DNA of 64,000 nt from contig LNEO01000143.1 of assembly GCA_001465015.1 (NCBI GenBank), positions 62,864-126,863 on the forward strand. Reading direction: 5' to 3'. Made by a program: the position numbers and the translations under genes. Every line of letters starts with the position of its first letter. The first letter of the stretch is position 1. The stretch comes from Deltaproteobacteria bacterium Ga0077539. GTDB lineage: Bacteria > Myxococcota_A > Polyangia > Polyangiales > Ga0077539. Below are positions 1 through 8,858 of this stretch, piece by piece. Under the pieces are notes generated by a model, which did not search any database, was not told where the DNA came from, and saw nothing but the letters and a program-made list of their open reading frames with translations.

Positions 1-1
1 G

Positions 2-1750
2 CCGGGCCGCGAGCGCGATCTCGTCGCGACGCTGCGCCGACGAGCGGACGTCGAGCTCGACGTGACCGAGAAGAAGCGCATGCTGCGCGAGGCTTCGAGC
101 GTGGCAGAGACGAAGCTGTCGTCGGTCGACGCTGCGGCGGACGTGATGAAGTCTCTGCTCGACGTCGACGACTCGGACGTCGAAGCCCTCGAGCAGCTCG
201 CCCGCCTGCGCTCGCTGCAGGGAAACCACGAGGAGGTCGCAGATCTCCTCGGGCGTCGCGCGCGGCTCGTCGACGATCCGACGCTCGCGGTCTCGCTGCG
301 GAGGCAAGTCGCCGAGCTCTACGCGGGTCCGATCAACGATCCGAAGCGAGCGATCGCGTCCTATCGCGAGATGCTCGAGTTCGACCCGTCCGACGCCGCG
401 GCGCGCGAGGCGGTCGAGAACCTGCTCGAGCGCACCGGACAGCTCAAGGATCTCGAAGAGGCCCTTCGTTCGCGCGTGGACAACGCGCTGACGGCGGACG
501 AACGCAACGCGACGCGGGTGCGCCTCGCGAGGCTCGCCGAGCAACACTTCAAGCAGACCGATCGAGCGATCGAGTATCTGCGCGAGGTGATCGAAGAGTC
601 TCCGACGCACGTCGCTGCAGGACAGGAGCTCGAGCGGCTCTACACCGCGTCGAAGCGCTGGAGCCAGCTGTCGGAGCTGCTCGAGCGTCGCGCGCAGGAC
701 TGCGCCGACGTCGGCGACTCTGCGGGTGAGCTCATGGCGCTCGTGCGTATCGGCGAGCTGTACGAGCGCGAGCTCAATCAGCGCGCGAAGGCGGTCGAGC
801 TGTACGAGCGCGTCCTCGAGCGTGAGCCGAATCACGCCGGGGCGCTGTCGGCGGTGGCGCGTCTCGCTGAGGCGGACTCGCAGTGGGAGCGCGCGGCCGA
901 GATGCTCGATCGCGTGCTTCTCTTGACCCAGCCGGGCGCCGATGGCGCGGCGGCGGCGCTTCGCCTCGCGGCGATCCGAAGCGAGAAGCTCAAGGACGAC
1001 GCGAAGGGCGAGGGGGCTTTGCGCCGCGCGCTCGAGCTCGACCGCGCCAATCGCACAGCGCTCGACAAGCTCAAGGCGCTCGCTCAGAAGCGAAACGACT
1101 CGACCATGCTCGCGGAGATCCTCGAGCACGACGTGTCGGTCGCGACCGAGTCTGCGAAGAAGGTCTCGCTCCACCGCGAGCTGGCCGTGGTCTATCGCGA
1201 CAAGCTCTCGGATCCGGGCCGCGCTGCTTCGCACTTCGAGCAGGCGCGCGCGCTGGCACCAGAGGACAAGGACCTCTTGCTTCCGCTCGTCGACGTGTAT
1301 ATCGCGGCGGGCCGCCAACGCGACGCGCTCCCCGTGATCGAGGCGATCATCGCCTCGTTCGGAACGCGCAGGAGCAAGGACCTCGCGACCTGGCACCACC
1401 GGCTGGGTCAGGCGCAAGAAGCGCTCGGCGACAACGCGGCGGCGCTCACGCAGTACGACGCGGCGTTCAAGATCGACCTGACCAACGTGTCGATTCTGCG
1501 CGACCTCGGGCTGCTTTGTTACAAGACGGGCGACCTCGAGCGCGCGCAGAAGACCTTCCGCGCGCTGCTCTTGCAGAAGCTCGACCCCAACGCCGGCATC
1601 ACGAAGGCGGACGTGTACTTCTACTTGGGAGACACGCTTCGTCAGCAGAACGACAACCCGAAGGCGATCGGCATGCTCGAGCGCGCGATCGAGGCCGAGA
1701 AGGGTCACCCGCGCGCGACCGAGCTCCTTGCGAAGCTGAAGGGCGGTTGA
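2..1750 (+). CDS. Large TPR-repeat protein, 5'-truncated by the window edge (myxobacterial gliding-motility-type TPR scaffold)
   Basis: Frame open from position 2; many tandem helical TPR-like repeats (e.g. AVELYERVLEREPNHAGALSAVARL); stop at 1748-1750. Confidence 0.8.
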   Translation, partial: PGRERDLVATLRRRADVELDVTEKKRMLREASSVAETKLSSVDAAADVMKSLLDVDDSDVEALEQLARLRSLQGNHEEVADLLGRRARLVDDPTLAVSLRRQVAELYAGPINDPKRAIASYREMLEFDPSDAAAREAVENLLERTGQLKDLEEALRSRVDNALTADERNATRVRLARLAEQHFKQTDRAIEYLREVIEESPTHVAAGQELERLYTASKRWSQLSELLERRAQDCADVGDSAGELMALVRIGELYERELNQRAKAVELYERVLEREPNHAGALSAVARLAEADSQWERAAEMLDRVLLLTQPGADGAAAALRLAAIRSEKLKDDAKGEGALRRALELDRANRTALDKLKALAQKRNDSTMLAEILEHDVSVATESAKKVSLHRELAVVYRDKLSDPGRAASHFEQARALAPEDKDLLLPLVDVYIAAGRQRDALPVIEAIIASFGTRRSKDLATWHHRLGQAQEALGDNAAALTQYDAAFKIDLTNVSILRDLGLLCYKTGDLERAQKTFRALLLQKLDPNAGITKADVYFYLGDTLRQQNDNPKAIGMLERAIEAEKGHPRATELLAKLKGG

Positions 1751-1784
1751 GCGGCGGACGTACGTTCGCGGCTCCCGACAGACG

Positions 1785-2645
1785 ATGCGCGATGTCGTGT
1801 TGATCGACGGAGCGGAGGTGGCTCCCGAGAGCGCGACGATCGCGCTGCGCGATCGATCGGTCCTGCACGGCGACAGCGTCTTCGAGGTGCTGCGCGCGTA
1901 CAACGGCCGTGTGTTCGCGGTCGAAGAGCACCTCGGCAGACTGCAGCGCTCGGCTCGAATTGTGGGGCGTGTATTTCCCTGCAGCGTTGGAAAGCTCGCG
2001 GGCGAGGTGCAGCGCGCCGTGCGCGAGTCTGGGCTACTCGACGCTCACGTCCGAGTCATGCTCACCCGCGGCGTCGGCTCTGACGGGCTGTCGCTCGAGG
2101 GCGTGCGCGGCGGCGTTCGCGTGGTGTGGGTGAGGGCGCTGCCCGCGCTCGACGCCGCGCGATACGGACAGGGGTTTGCGGCCTGTACGATCGAGTGCGG
2201 TTTCGATGGCGTCGCCGCGGAGCTCGCGCGCGCCAAGACCGGCAACTACCTCCCTCGTGTCGTAGCGCTCGATCGCGCGCGCGCTTCGGGCTTCGACGAC
2301 GCGCTGCTTCGCGATCGCGACGGAAGGATCTGGGAGGCCAGCGCCTCCAACCTCTTCATCGTGCTGCGCGGCGAGCTTCGAACACCGCCGACCTCGGGTC
2401 CGCTGCTCGACGGCGTGACTCGGCAGGCAGTGATCGACCTCGCGCGACACAACGCCATCTCGGTGCGCGAGGTCGAGGTGACTCACGACGATGTGTTCGC
2501 CGCGGACGAGGTGTTTCTCACGTCCACGATTCGTCAACTCGCGCCGGTCGTCCGCGTCGACGAGCACGAGGTTGGAACCGGGGTTCCCGGACCGATCTGG
2601 CGCAGGCTCAACGACGCGTTCTGTCGACTCGTTGGCGCGAGGTAG
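1785..2645 (+). CDS. Class IV PLP aminotransferase (branched-chain aminotransferase / aminodeoxychorismate lyase family)
   Basis: GDSVFE, HLGRL, AKTGNY (PLP lysine), EASASNLF, LDGVTR, ADEVFLTST. Confidence 0.9.
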   Translation: MRDVVLIDGAEVAPESATIALRDRSVLHGDSVFEVLRAYNGRVFAVEEHLGRLQRSARIVGRVFPCSVGKLAGEVQRAVRESGLLDAHVRVMLTRGVGSDGLSLEGVRGGVRVVWVRALPALDAARYGQGFAACTIECGFDGVAAELARAKTGNYLPRVVALDRARASGFDDALLRDRDGRIWEASASNLFIVLRGELRTPPTSGPLLDGVTRQAVIDLARHNAISVREVEVTHDDVFAADEVFLTSTIRQLAPVVRVDEHEVGTGVPGPIWRRLNDAFCRLVGAR

Positions 2646-2711
2646 CTGGACCGCCACGCGGCGAACGCGCGAGGCGTCGAGGGCAGAGCAGGGCAGAAAA
2701 AATGACCCGGG

Positions 2712-3524
2712 TCAGCTTTGCAATACGGGAAGTCGAAGCAGCTCGTTGTGGCTGCCTTGTCGATACCCGTCGAGGTCGAGGGTCACGTACTGAAAGCCAG
2801 CGGCGCGGACAGCCGCAGACAGCTCTCGACGCATTTCGAACGCGCGACTGAGCTCCGCCTCAGCGATCTCGATTCGGGCGACCGCGTCGTGGAAACGAAC
2901 GCGCAGTTGTCGAAATCCGAGCTGTCGAATCGCTCGCTCTGCGCTTCCGATCTTGTTCAGTCGTTCGCGGGTCACGGCGGTGCCGTACGGAATGCGAGAG
3001 GAGAGGCAGGCCGACGCTGGCTTGTCCCAGAGCTCGAGCCCGATCGCTTGCGCGGTGTCTCGAACGTCCTGCTTGGACATCGCGAGCTCGACCATCGGTG
3101 AGCGGACGGCAGCTTCCTTCGCAGCCTCGAGGCCAGGTCGGTGATCGCCCAGGTCGTCCTGATTGGTTCCGTTGGCGATCACCTTGAAGTCATTGGCTTT
3201 CGCGACGCGAGCGGCGATCGCGTACAGCTCTGACTTGCAGAAGTAACAGCGGTTGACGGAATTCTCGGCGTATCGCGGGTCGTCGACCTCGGCCGACGAC
3301 TCGAAGAAGTGTCTCGCGCCAAGGCGGCGGCCGACTGTCTCTGCGAGCGCACGTTCTTCGTCGAGCAACGACGGCGAGACGGCGGTGAGGGCGGCGGCAC
3401 GATCGCCGAGCTGTTCGACGGCGACCGCTAGGACGAGGGCGCTGTCGACGCCCCCAGAGAAACACACGAGAACGGAACCGTAGTCGTGCAGCCGGGCGCG
3501 CAAGTCGGCGATCCGATTTGCCAT
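2712..3524 (-). CDS. larE: LarE-family ATP-dependent sulfur transferase (PP-loop)
   Basis: PP-loop FSGGVDS, NRCYFCK, DDLGDHRPG, KPASACLSSRIPYG, LDLDGYRQGS; start set at ATG 3524 (MANRIADL). Confidence 0.88.
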   Translation of the reverse strand: MANRIADLRARLHDYGSVLVCFSGGVDSALVLAVAVEQLGDRAAALTAVSPSLLDEERALAETVGRRLGARHFFESSAEVDDPRYAENSVNRCYFCKSELYAIAARVAKANDFKVIANGTNQDDLGDHRPGLEAAKEAAVRSPMVELAMSKQDVRDTAQAIGLELWDKPASACLSSRIPYGTAVTRERLNKIGSAERAIRQLGFRQLRVRFHDAVARIEIAEAELSRAFEMRRELSAAVRAAGFQYVTLDLDGYRQGSHNELLRLPVLQS

Positions 3525-4119
3525 AGGAGATCGAGGGTATAGCACCAGCGATCTGGGACGGCAGGTTTCGGGCGAACACGGCCATCGAGGAGGGAAGGAC
3601 CGCAACGAAACGGGTCGTCAAGTTGACGTGGAACGTGAATCTGTAAACTAGACTATGAATAATAAATCAGACATATGTCATTTATGTTAATGCTGCGACG
3701 CAGCAATGGCTTCCACAGGCCGTTGGGTGCTTCGGAGCTGGGGAGCGGCGTTGACCACAGGAGTCGGGCGGGATTTCTGGGGAAACGAGGGACGCTCGAC
3801 GCAGTCCACAGAGCCCGCGGAGCTCGAGGGAGCCGTCGGCGCGCCGCGGAGAGTTCAGGCGGGGATTCGCAGGCCGAGCGATCGAGTCGAGCGCGATCTC
3901 GTCGAGGTTGAATGCGATTTGCCGCTGTCACGCCGGTCCGGAGCCTCGAGTAGCTCGAGCGCTCGTCGCATCGGACTGGTGGGAATCAGCCAGTTGTCGG
4001 CGCCAGGCGCGTTTGCCGCTCGTCGCAGAGCTGGCTGGCCTTCGCCGCCATCCACAGAATTCTGTCCACTGAGCCTCGCGCTGATCGGCGCGATCCCAAC
4101 AGGCACCTGGATTCCGTTT

Positions 4120-4147
4120 GATCTACATAATACATATTATGCGAAGT
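4120..4147 (-). other. dif: XerC/XerD dif recombination site
   Basis: Minus strand ACTTCGCATAA-TATGTA-TTATGTAGATC, 11-6-11 layout; by hand 19/28 identical to E. coli dif and 21/28 to B. subtilis dif; AT-rich, intergenic. Confidence 0.8.
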
Positions 4148-4380
4148 GATAATGCTGGGGGTGCACGGGGGGCGTGGCCGTCGCGCCCGACGGTTTCGGT
4201 CCTGCCCCCGGGTTCCCGCCGACAGGACGCTGGCACCGAGCCGAGCCCCTGCCGTTCGTTCTGTCACTCGTTTCCGAGCACGCTGCCGATCCCAGTGTCG
4301 AACCAATCCCAGCCCCGACGCGACCGCAGCGCCGGCGTGACCCCAAAGGGGTTTCGGAATCCAGTCCTCGATTCGGGGCG

Positions 4381-4422
4381 CCCCAAACCCCAAGGCCCAC
4401 CCCAAGGCCCACCCCAAACCCC
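4381..4422 (+). repeat. C-rich 12-bp tandem repeat
   Basis: CCCCAAGGCCCA x2 flanked by CCCCAAACCCC-like units. Confidence 0.7.
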
Positions 4423-4566
4423 GCCCGTCTCGAGCTGGCGCGGATCAACGGGCTTGCGACCTTGTTCTCGGGTCGAGCGATCGCCGTCGGTCGGTCGCAT
4501 CACACCGTTTGGACTCCGAGCCAGGCGCTTACCCCCACGACTCCCGCAGTTGAGACGCCCTTGCCT

Positions 4567-4613
4567 TCATCGCGGGAGTCATCGCGGGTGTCATCACGGG
4601 TGTCATCACGGTG
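4567..4613 (+). repeat. 12-bp tandem repeat, about 4 copies
   Basis: TCATCGCGGGAG TCATCGCGGGTG TCATCACGGGTG TCATCACGGTG. Confidence 0.8.
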
Positions 4614-4797
4614 TCTCAGAGCGAGCGGCCTTCGCCCAACCGCCCACCGCCCCTCATGGACAGAATTCTGTCACCACCGTGCCGGCGACGCCCATCGACA
4701 GCGAGCGGGGTTGTCCGCGACCTCGAGCATGGCTGCGAGTCGACGTAAGTCCGCCTGCTTTCGACGCGAATTGTTGCCCGACGATCGCCGCGAACTC

Positions 4798-5970
4798 TCA
4801 GCGCTCGAGGTCGAGCGCGTAGAGCACGTCGCCGTTCGAATGCACGAACAGCCGCGAATCCGCGGTCAACAACGCTGGAGCTGCGATCCCGCGGCCGGGC
4901 CGCAGCCCATCCAGCACCGTGCCATCTTCGCTTCGAACCACCCACAATCCGCGGTCAACAGAACTCACGATCATGCGACCCCTGGACACTGGAAGCATGT
5001 TCACCACGGCGCCCGCGTCGATCGACCGCGCCCAGATGACTCGTCCGTCGAACGGATCGACCCGAACGAGCCCGGCTTCGAGCGACGACGCAAAGAGCGC
5101 CCGCCCGTCGGTGCCGAGCGCACTGACCCCGGTCAGTCGTGCGTTGGTCCAGCGACGCGCGCCGCCGACCTTGTCGAGCGCGAGCAGCCCCACTGCCTGC
5201 GATGCCACGAACACCGTGTCGCGAATGACGACGGGCGTCGTGTCGATGTCGATCGCCTGGTGGCCCTCGTTCTGTCCATCGGCTGACTCGAACTCCGCAG
5301 CGGTGTCCTGCTCCCAGATGAGCGAGCCATCTGATGGGTCGAGGCAAACAACGTTTCCGTCGGCGAATCCTGTGAAGATTCGGTTGTCGTCGACCAGGAG
5401 TCCCGCGTGGCCAGTCGACGAAATTCCGCCTGGCGGTGAGCGCCGATAGGTCCACGCGCGTCGCCCGTCGCTCGCGTTGAGCGCGACGACCGCGTCTGCG
5501 CCAGTCACCACCACCACGACGGGACCGAATCGAACCGCAGCGTGAACCACCTCGGCGCCGACGACCGTTCGCCAACGGAGCCGCCCAGTCGCTGAGTCGA
5601 CAGAATAGACCGCGCCGTCTCCCGCGCCGAAGATCGTCGAGTCCTCGGTCATGATCGGCGTCGAGTCGATCCTCGCGAGCGCCTCGAATCGCCACAGCAG
5701 AGCGCCGTCCTCTGAGCGGATCGCGCGCAACCCGCGATCGACGCTGCCGACGATGATCCGATCACCCGCGTGATCGAACGCGACGCCGCCGCGAACGATG
5801 GGCGCCCAATCGAGCGCGGACGGCTCGACCAACGGCCGCTGCCATCGCAGCGAAAGCTCCGTCGTCCGAGGCGATCGCAGCGATCGGTCTCCTAGTTGAA
5901 TTCTGGCACACGAAACCAAGGAGAGTGTCAGCGCGACGAGCGCCGCGCCGCGCCGCTGGCGAACGGTCAC
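4798..5970 (-). CDS. bamB: PQQ-like beta-propeller lipoprotein, BamB-like
   Basis: Lipobox LVSC; repeated GxxxW blades (DGALLWRF, TGRLRWRT, DGSLIWEQ); GTG start overlaps the upstream stop (GTGA); follows a YfgM-like gene. Confidence 0.75.
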   Translation of the reverse strand: MTVRQRRGAALVALTLSLVSCARIQLGDRSLRSPRTTELSLRWQRPLVEPSALDWAPIVRGGVAFDHAGDRIIVGSVDRGLRAIRSEDGALLWRFEALARIDSTPIMTEDSTIFGAGDGAVYSVDSATGRLRWRTVVGAEVVHAAVRFGPVVVVVTGADAVVALNASDGRRAWTYRRSPPGGISSTGHAGLLVDDNRIFTGFADGNVVCLDPSDGSLIWEQDTAAEFESADGQNEGHQAIDIDTTPVVIRDTVFVASQAVGLLALDKVGGARRWTNARLTGVSALGTDGRALFASSLEAGLVRVDPFDGRVIWARSIDAGAVVNMLPVSRGRMIVSSVDRGLWVVRSEDGTVLDGLRPGRGIAAPALLTADSRLFVHSNGDVLYALDLER

Positions 5971-7142
5971 GGTGCGCCGCCCTGCCCCGGCCTGCGGATT
6001 TGCACGTTGCCGCCGAGCTGGCGCTGGAGCCGACGAATGAGCTCGTCGGTGTCCCCGGCGCCAGCGGGCTCGCGCCGACCGAGCGGATCTGCTGGGTCGA
6101 TCTCGTGCAAGAGCGCCTTCGCCTGCTCGACGATCGAACGCGAGCTGTTGGTCGCGTTTTCTTCGGGGCGCGCGCGCTCGATTCGTTCGATCAAACGACG
6201 GAGCACGTCCTTCGCGCGATCGTTGTTGTTCTGCCGGCGAAGCACGCGGGCCTGGTGGTACGCGCTCAGATCGCGCCAGCCGTCGCCTTCGAGCCGACCC
6301 AGCTCTTCGAAGCGCCTCAGCGCGCCGGGCAGGTCGTTGAGCGATTCGAGGCAATACGCCAGCACCTCGAGCGCGCGACCTTCGAGCCCCGCGAGGTCAG
6401 AGCCAACAACGCCCTCGATCGCGGTCTTTGCCTCTGCGTATCGCCCGAGATCGTACAGGGCGATGCCGCGCTGCAGCCGCGCGAGCGACGTCGTTCCCAA
6501 GTCCGCGGGGCCTTGCGTCGCGCGCTCAGCAGCGGCGAGCGCCGCCGTCGCGCGGGCGCGATGATCGGCGTACGGCTGAATGCGACGCGGCGGCATATTC
6601 GGCGGATCCGGCGGATCCTCCGAGCTTCGCACCGGCGCAAGTGACGCCTCTGCCGCTTCGACGACCTTTAGCGCCGCCGCTCCGCGGGTCGATGCGCGCT
6701 GCTGCAGGCCGTACGCGAGCCCGCCGCCGCCGATCACCAACACCGCAGCCGCAGCGAGCACCGTCGTGCGACGCTCAGAAATCCAGTCGCCGACGCTCTT
6801 TGCCCACGGCGGCACTTCCTCGACGTTGGCCGTCGATTTGCCGGTCACTGTCCGCGGCGGAACCTTCGGACGCACGACCGCCTTGTTGCGGTCGCGCTCC
6901 TTCACTTCGCCTTCGGGCGTCGCCTGCCCGCGCTTGACCTGCTTGGCAAGCTGACGGCGCTCAGCACGATTGCGCGGCTCTTGCGCGACGGATTCGTCGC
7001 CTTCGCCCTCGCCCTCGGATGGCTCGCGCTCGGCGGCGTCCTTCTCGCGCTCTTCGTCCTGCTCGTCGCGCTCGTCTTGCTCGTCGCGCTCGCCATCCGC
7101 GCGGTCTTCGCGCTGCTTGTCCTTGTCGTCGTCCGTGGCCAC
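5967..7142 (-). CDS. Membrane-anchored TPR protein, YfgM-like
   Basis: AGGAG upstream of GTG 7142; acidic N-terminus, one TM helix (VLAAAAVLVIGGGGLAY), TPR-like helices; upstream of the bamB-like gene. Confidence 0.7.
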   Translation of the reverse strand: MATDDDKDKQREDRADGERDEQDERDEQDEEREKDAAEREPSEGEGEGDESVAQEPRNRAERRQLAKQVKRGQATPEGEVKERDRNKAVVRPKVPPRTVTGKSTANVEEVPPWAKSVGDWISERRTTVLAAAAVLVIGGGGLAYGLQQRASTRGAAALKVVEAAEASLAPVRSSEDPPDPPNMPPRRIQPYADHRARATAALAAAERATQGPADLGTTSLARLQRGIALYDLGRYAEAKTAIEGVVGSDLAGLEGRALEVLAYCLESLNDLPGALRRFEELGRLEGDGWRDLSAYHQARVLRRQNNNDRAKDVLRRLIERIERARPEENATNSSRSIVEQAKALLHEIDPADPLGRREPAGAGDTDELIRRLQRQLGGNVQIRRPGQGGAP

Positions 7143-7266
7143 CGCTGCTGTGCTCCTGCCGATTTCCCGTCGAAAGCCGCGGGACTCTACACGCCGCCCG
7201 CGCACCGTCAACCGAAGCGCGCGTCGAGCATCGCTCGACGGTGGTATATCCGCGACATTCCGACCG

Positions 7267-7824
7267 ATGCGAAGCCGTGCTGTTCGACCATTGCTCGCCT
7301 CGCGCCGCTGTTTCGGGGCGTCGATCGCCGTGGTCAGCGCTGTCCTCGTGCTTTCCAGTGAGGCGGCTGCGGGCGCCAGGCAGTGGCATGGCGGACCGGT
7401 CGGCGGCTTTGCGGGGCTCATGGGCACAGACATCGCCCTGGGCGGTTCTGTGTCGGGGCAGATCAACTACGGCATTTCGGACGCGTTTCGGTTCGGAGCC
7501 ACCCTCGATGTCCCGCTCGGCGCGCGGATTTCCACCGGCGTTGTTTCGAGTTGGCCGGGTGTTGCCCTCGGAATCGCGTACTCGCTCGATGTGGGAACGG
7601 TCGTTCCCTGGCTCGCCCTCGAAGCGCGCGCGCACGCGGTGTTCGCGAATGGATCCGCGCCGACCTGGCTCATCGGCGGCGGCGGGCGATTCGGGGTCGA
7701 CTGGCTGCCGCGCCGGTATTTGGGACTGACGTTTCAGGGCACATACTCAGCGTGCTTCTTCGAGGGCGGTCTGGCGCACATGTTCGGCGTGAGTATCGGG
7801 CCGCGCTGGACCCTCGACGTGTGA
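7267..7824 (+). CDS. Putative small outer-membrane beta-barrel protein
   Basis: Signal peptide, then alternating amphipathic strands (GVALGIAYSLDV, GGRFGVDW, GVSIGPRWTL); start uncertain. Confidence 0.6.
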   Translation: MRSRAVRPLLASRRCFGASIAVVSAVLVLSSEAAAGARQWHGGPVGGFAGLMGTDIALGGSVSGQINYGISDAFRFGATLDVPLGARISTGVVSSWPGVALGIAYSLDVGTVVPWLALEARAHAVFANGSAPTWLIGGGGRFGVDWLPRRYLGLTFQGTYSACFFEGGLAHMFGVSIGPRWTLDV

Positions 7825-8166
7825 GTCGAATCGAAGCAGCGGCGAAAGGCGTCGGAGCATCGCGGGCCCGACCCCTCGGATCGCGTCGAGGTCCGCGAGC
7901 GAACGAAACGACCCTCCGCGAGCGCGGGCTTCGATGATGCGACGAGCCAGCGCAGGACCGACTCCTGGCAGCGCCTCGAGCTCGCTCTGCGTCGCGTGAT
8001 TGATCGACAGCGTCCGCGGCGGACCGAGGGAGACGGGCGTCCTGTGCTCCGACGAGCGAGCGCTTCGATCGTCGGCGATGCTGGATTTTCTAAGGCGAAA
8101 CGCTGTGACCACGAGCAGCGCTAGCAGCGCGAGCGTCAGCGCCCGGTGGTGTCCCGACGACTTCAT
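7747..8166 (-). CDS. comEA: ComEA-like helix-hairpin-helix DNA-binding protein
   Basis: N-terminal TM; INHATQSELEALPGVGPALARRII and LDAIRGVGP HhH motifs. Confidence 0.85.
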   Translation of the reverse strand: MKSSGHHRALTLALLALLVVTAFRLRKSSIADDRSARSSEHRTPVSLGPPRTLSINHATQSELEALPGVGPALARRIIEARARGGSFRSLADLDAIRGVGPAMLRRLSPLLRFDSHVEGPARPDTHAEHVRQTALEEAR

Positions 8167-8226
8167 GGGCGCGCTGATCCTGCACAGAGGACCGCTGTTG
8201 CGCGACGGTGGCGGAGCGAGTTGGAT

Positions 8227-8730
8227 TCAGTTGGCTGCGGGCGGGATCTGGACGAACTCGACGAGCGTCCCTCGATCGATGTGGTGCCGCTCCGTGAACC
8301 CTGCGTTGACCTCGAGAACGTACTGCGACTCGCCCTCGACCTGCCTGGGATCATCAGTCATGGGCGTCGCGTTGCGCACGACGCCGAGCACGCGCCGGTC
8401 GGACTTGATGAACACCATGTCCAACGGCAAAAACGTGTTTCGCATCCAAAAAGACTGCTGTTCGCTCTCGGCGAAGACGAAGAGCATTCCGTTGTTGGCG
8501 CCGAGGGAGGTGCGGTTCATCAAGCCCTCCATGCGAGCCGAGTGCGTCCGCGCGACCTCGACGCGAACGGTGACCGGCGGGTGTCCTTCTGGCCTCAGCA
8601 CGACGTGGGGTCCGCTGACCGAGGACGGCGGATCGCTGCCGCGGTCGCTGGGCGGGGTTGTAGGCTGCAACTGCGGCGTGTCACGACAGGACGCGAGCGC
8701 CAGGAACGAGATCGCCAGAATGATTCGCAC
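8227..8730 (-). CDS. DUF192 family lipoprotein
   Basis: Lipobox LASC; GLMNR, GMLFVF, FWMRNTFLPLDMVFI, YVLEVNAG. Confidence 0.9.
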   Translation of the reverse strand: MRIILAISFLALASCRDTPQLQPTTPPSDRGSDPPSSVSGPHVVLRPEGHPPVTVRVEVARTHSARMEGLMNRTSLGANNGMLFVFAESEQQSFWMRNTFLPLDMVFIKSDRRVLGVVRNATPMTDDPRQVEGESQYVLEVNAGFTERHHIDRGTLVEFVQIPPAAN

Positions 8731-8858
8731 AGGATGCGGTCCCACGGGGTAGCGAACGCCGTTGGCGCTGTCAATTGCTGGGCCAACGCACAGAATCCAC
8801 CTCGGTGATCGTAGGGGTTCGTGCTTCGGCTCGGCCGCGGTAGGATCGCGCACCAAGG

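Larger units (their letters stand above)
4054..4671. repeat. Imperfect ~19-bp inverted repeats bounding a ~620-bp segment
   Basis: ACAGAATTCTGTCCACTGAG (4054-4073) and CTCATGGACAGAATTCTGT (4653-4671) are reverse complements with one indel; each contains the palindrome ACAGAATTCTGT. Confidence 0.7.

Noticed and set aside
3700..4070. Several TCCACA-like words beside an AT-rich patch, suggesting oriC
   Set aside because: Each has 2 or more mismatches to TTATCCACA, no dnaA/dnaN/gidA nearby, and a dif site fits better.
4117..4150. loxP-like arm TATGCGAAGTGAT, possible engineered loxP
   Set aside because: Only one arm matches; the other is XerD-like, and no vector sequence is seen.
3653..4822. 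ORFs 3706-4149, 4118-4822 and 4174-5286
   Set aside because: Low-complexity Arg/Pro/Ser translations with no motifs, crossing dif and the repeats.
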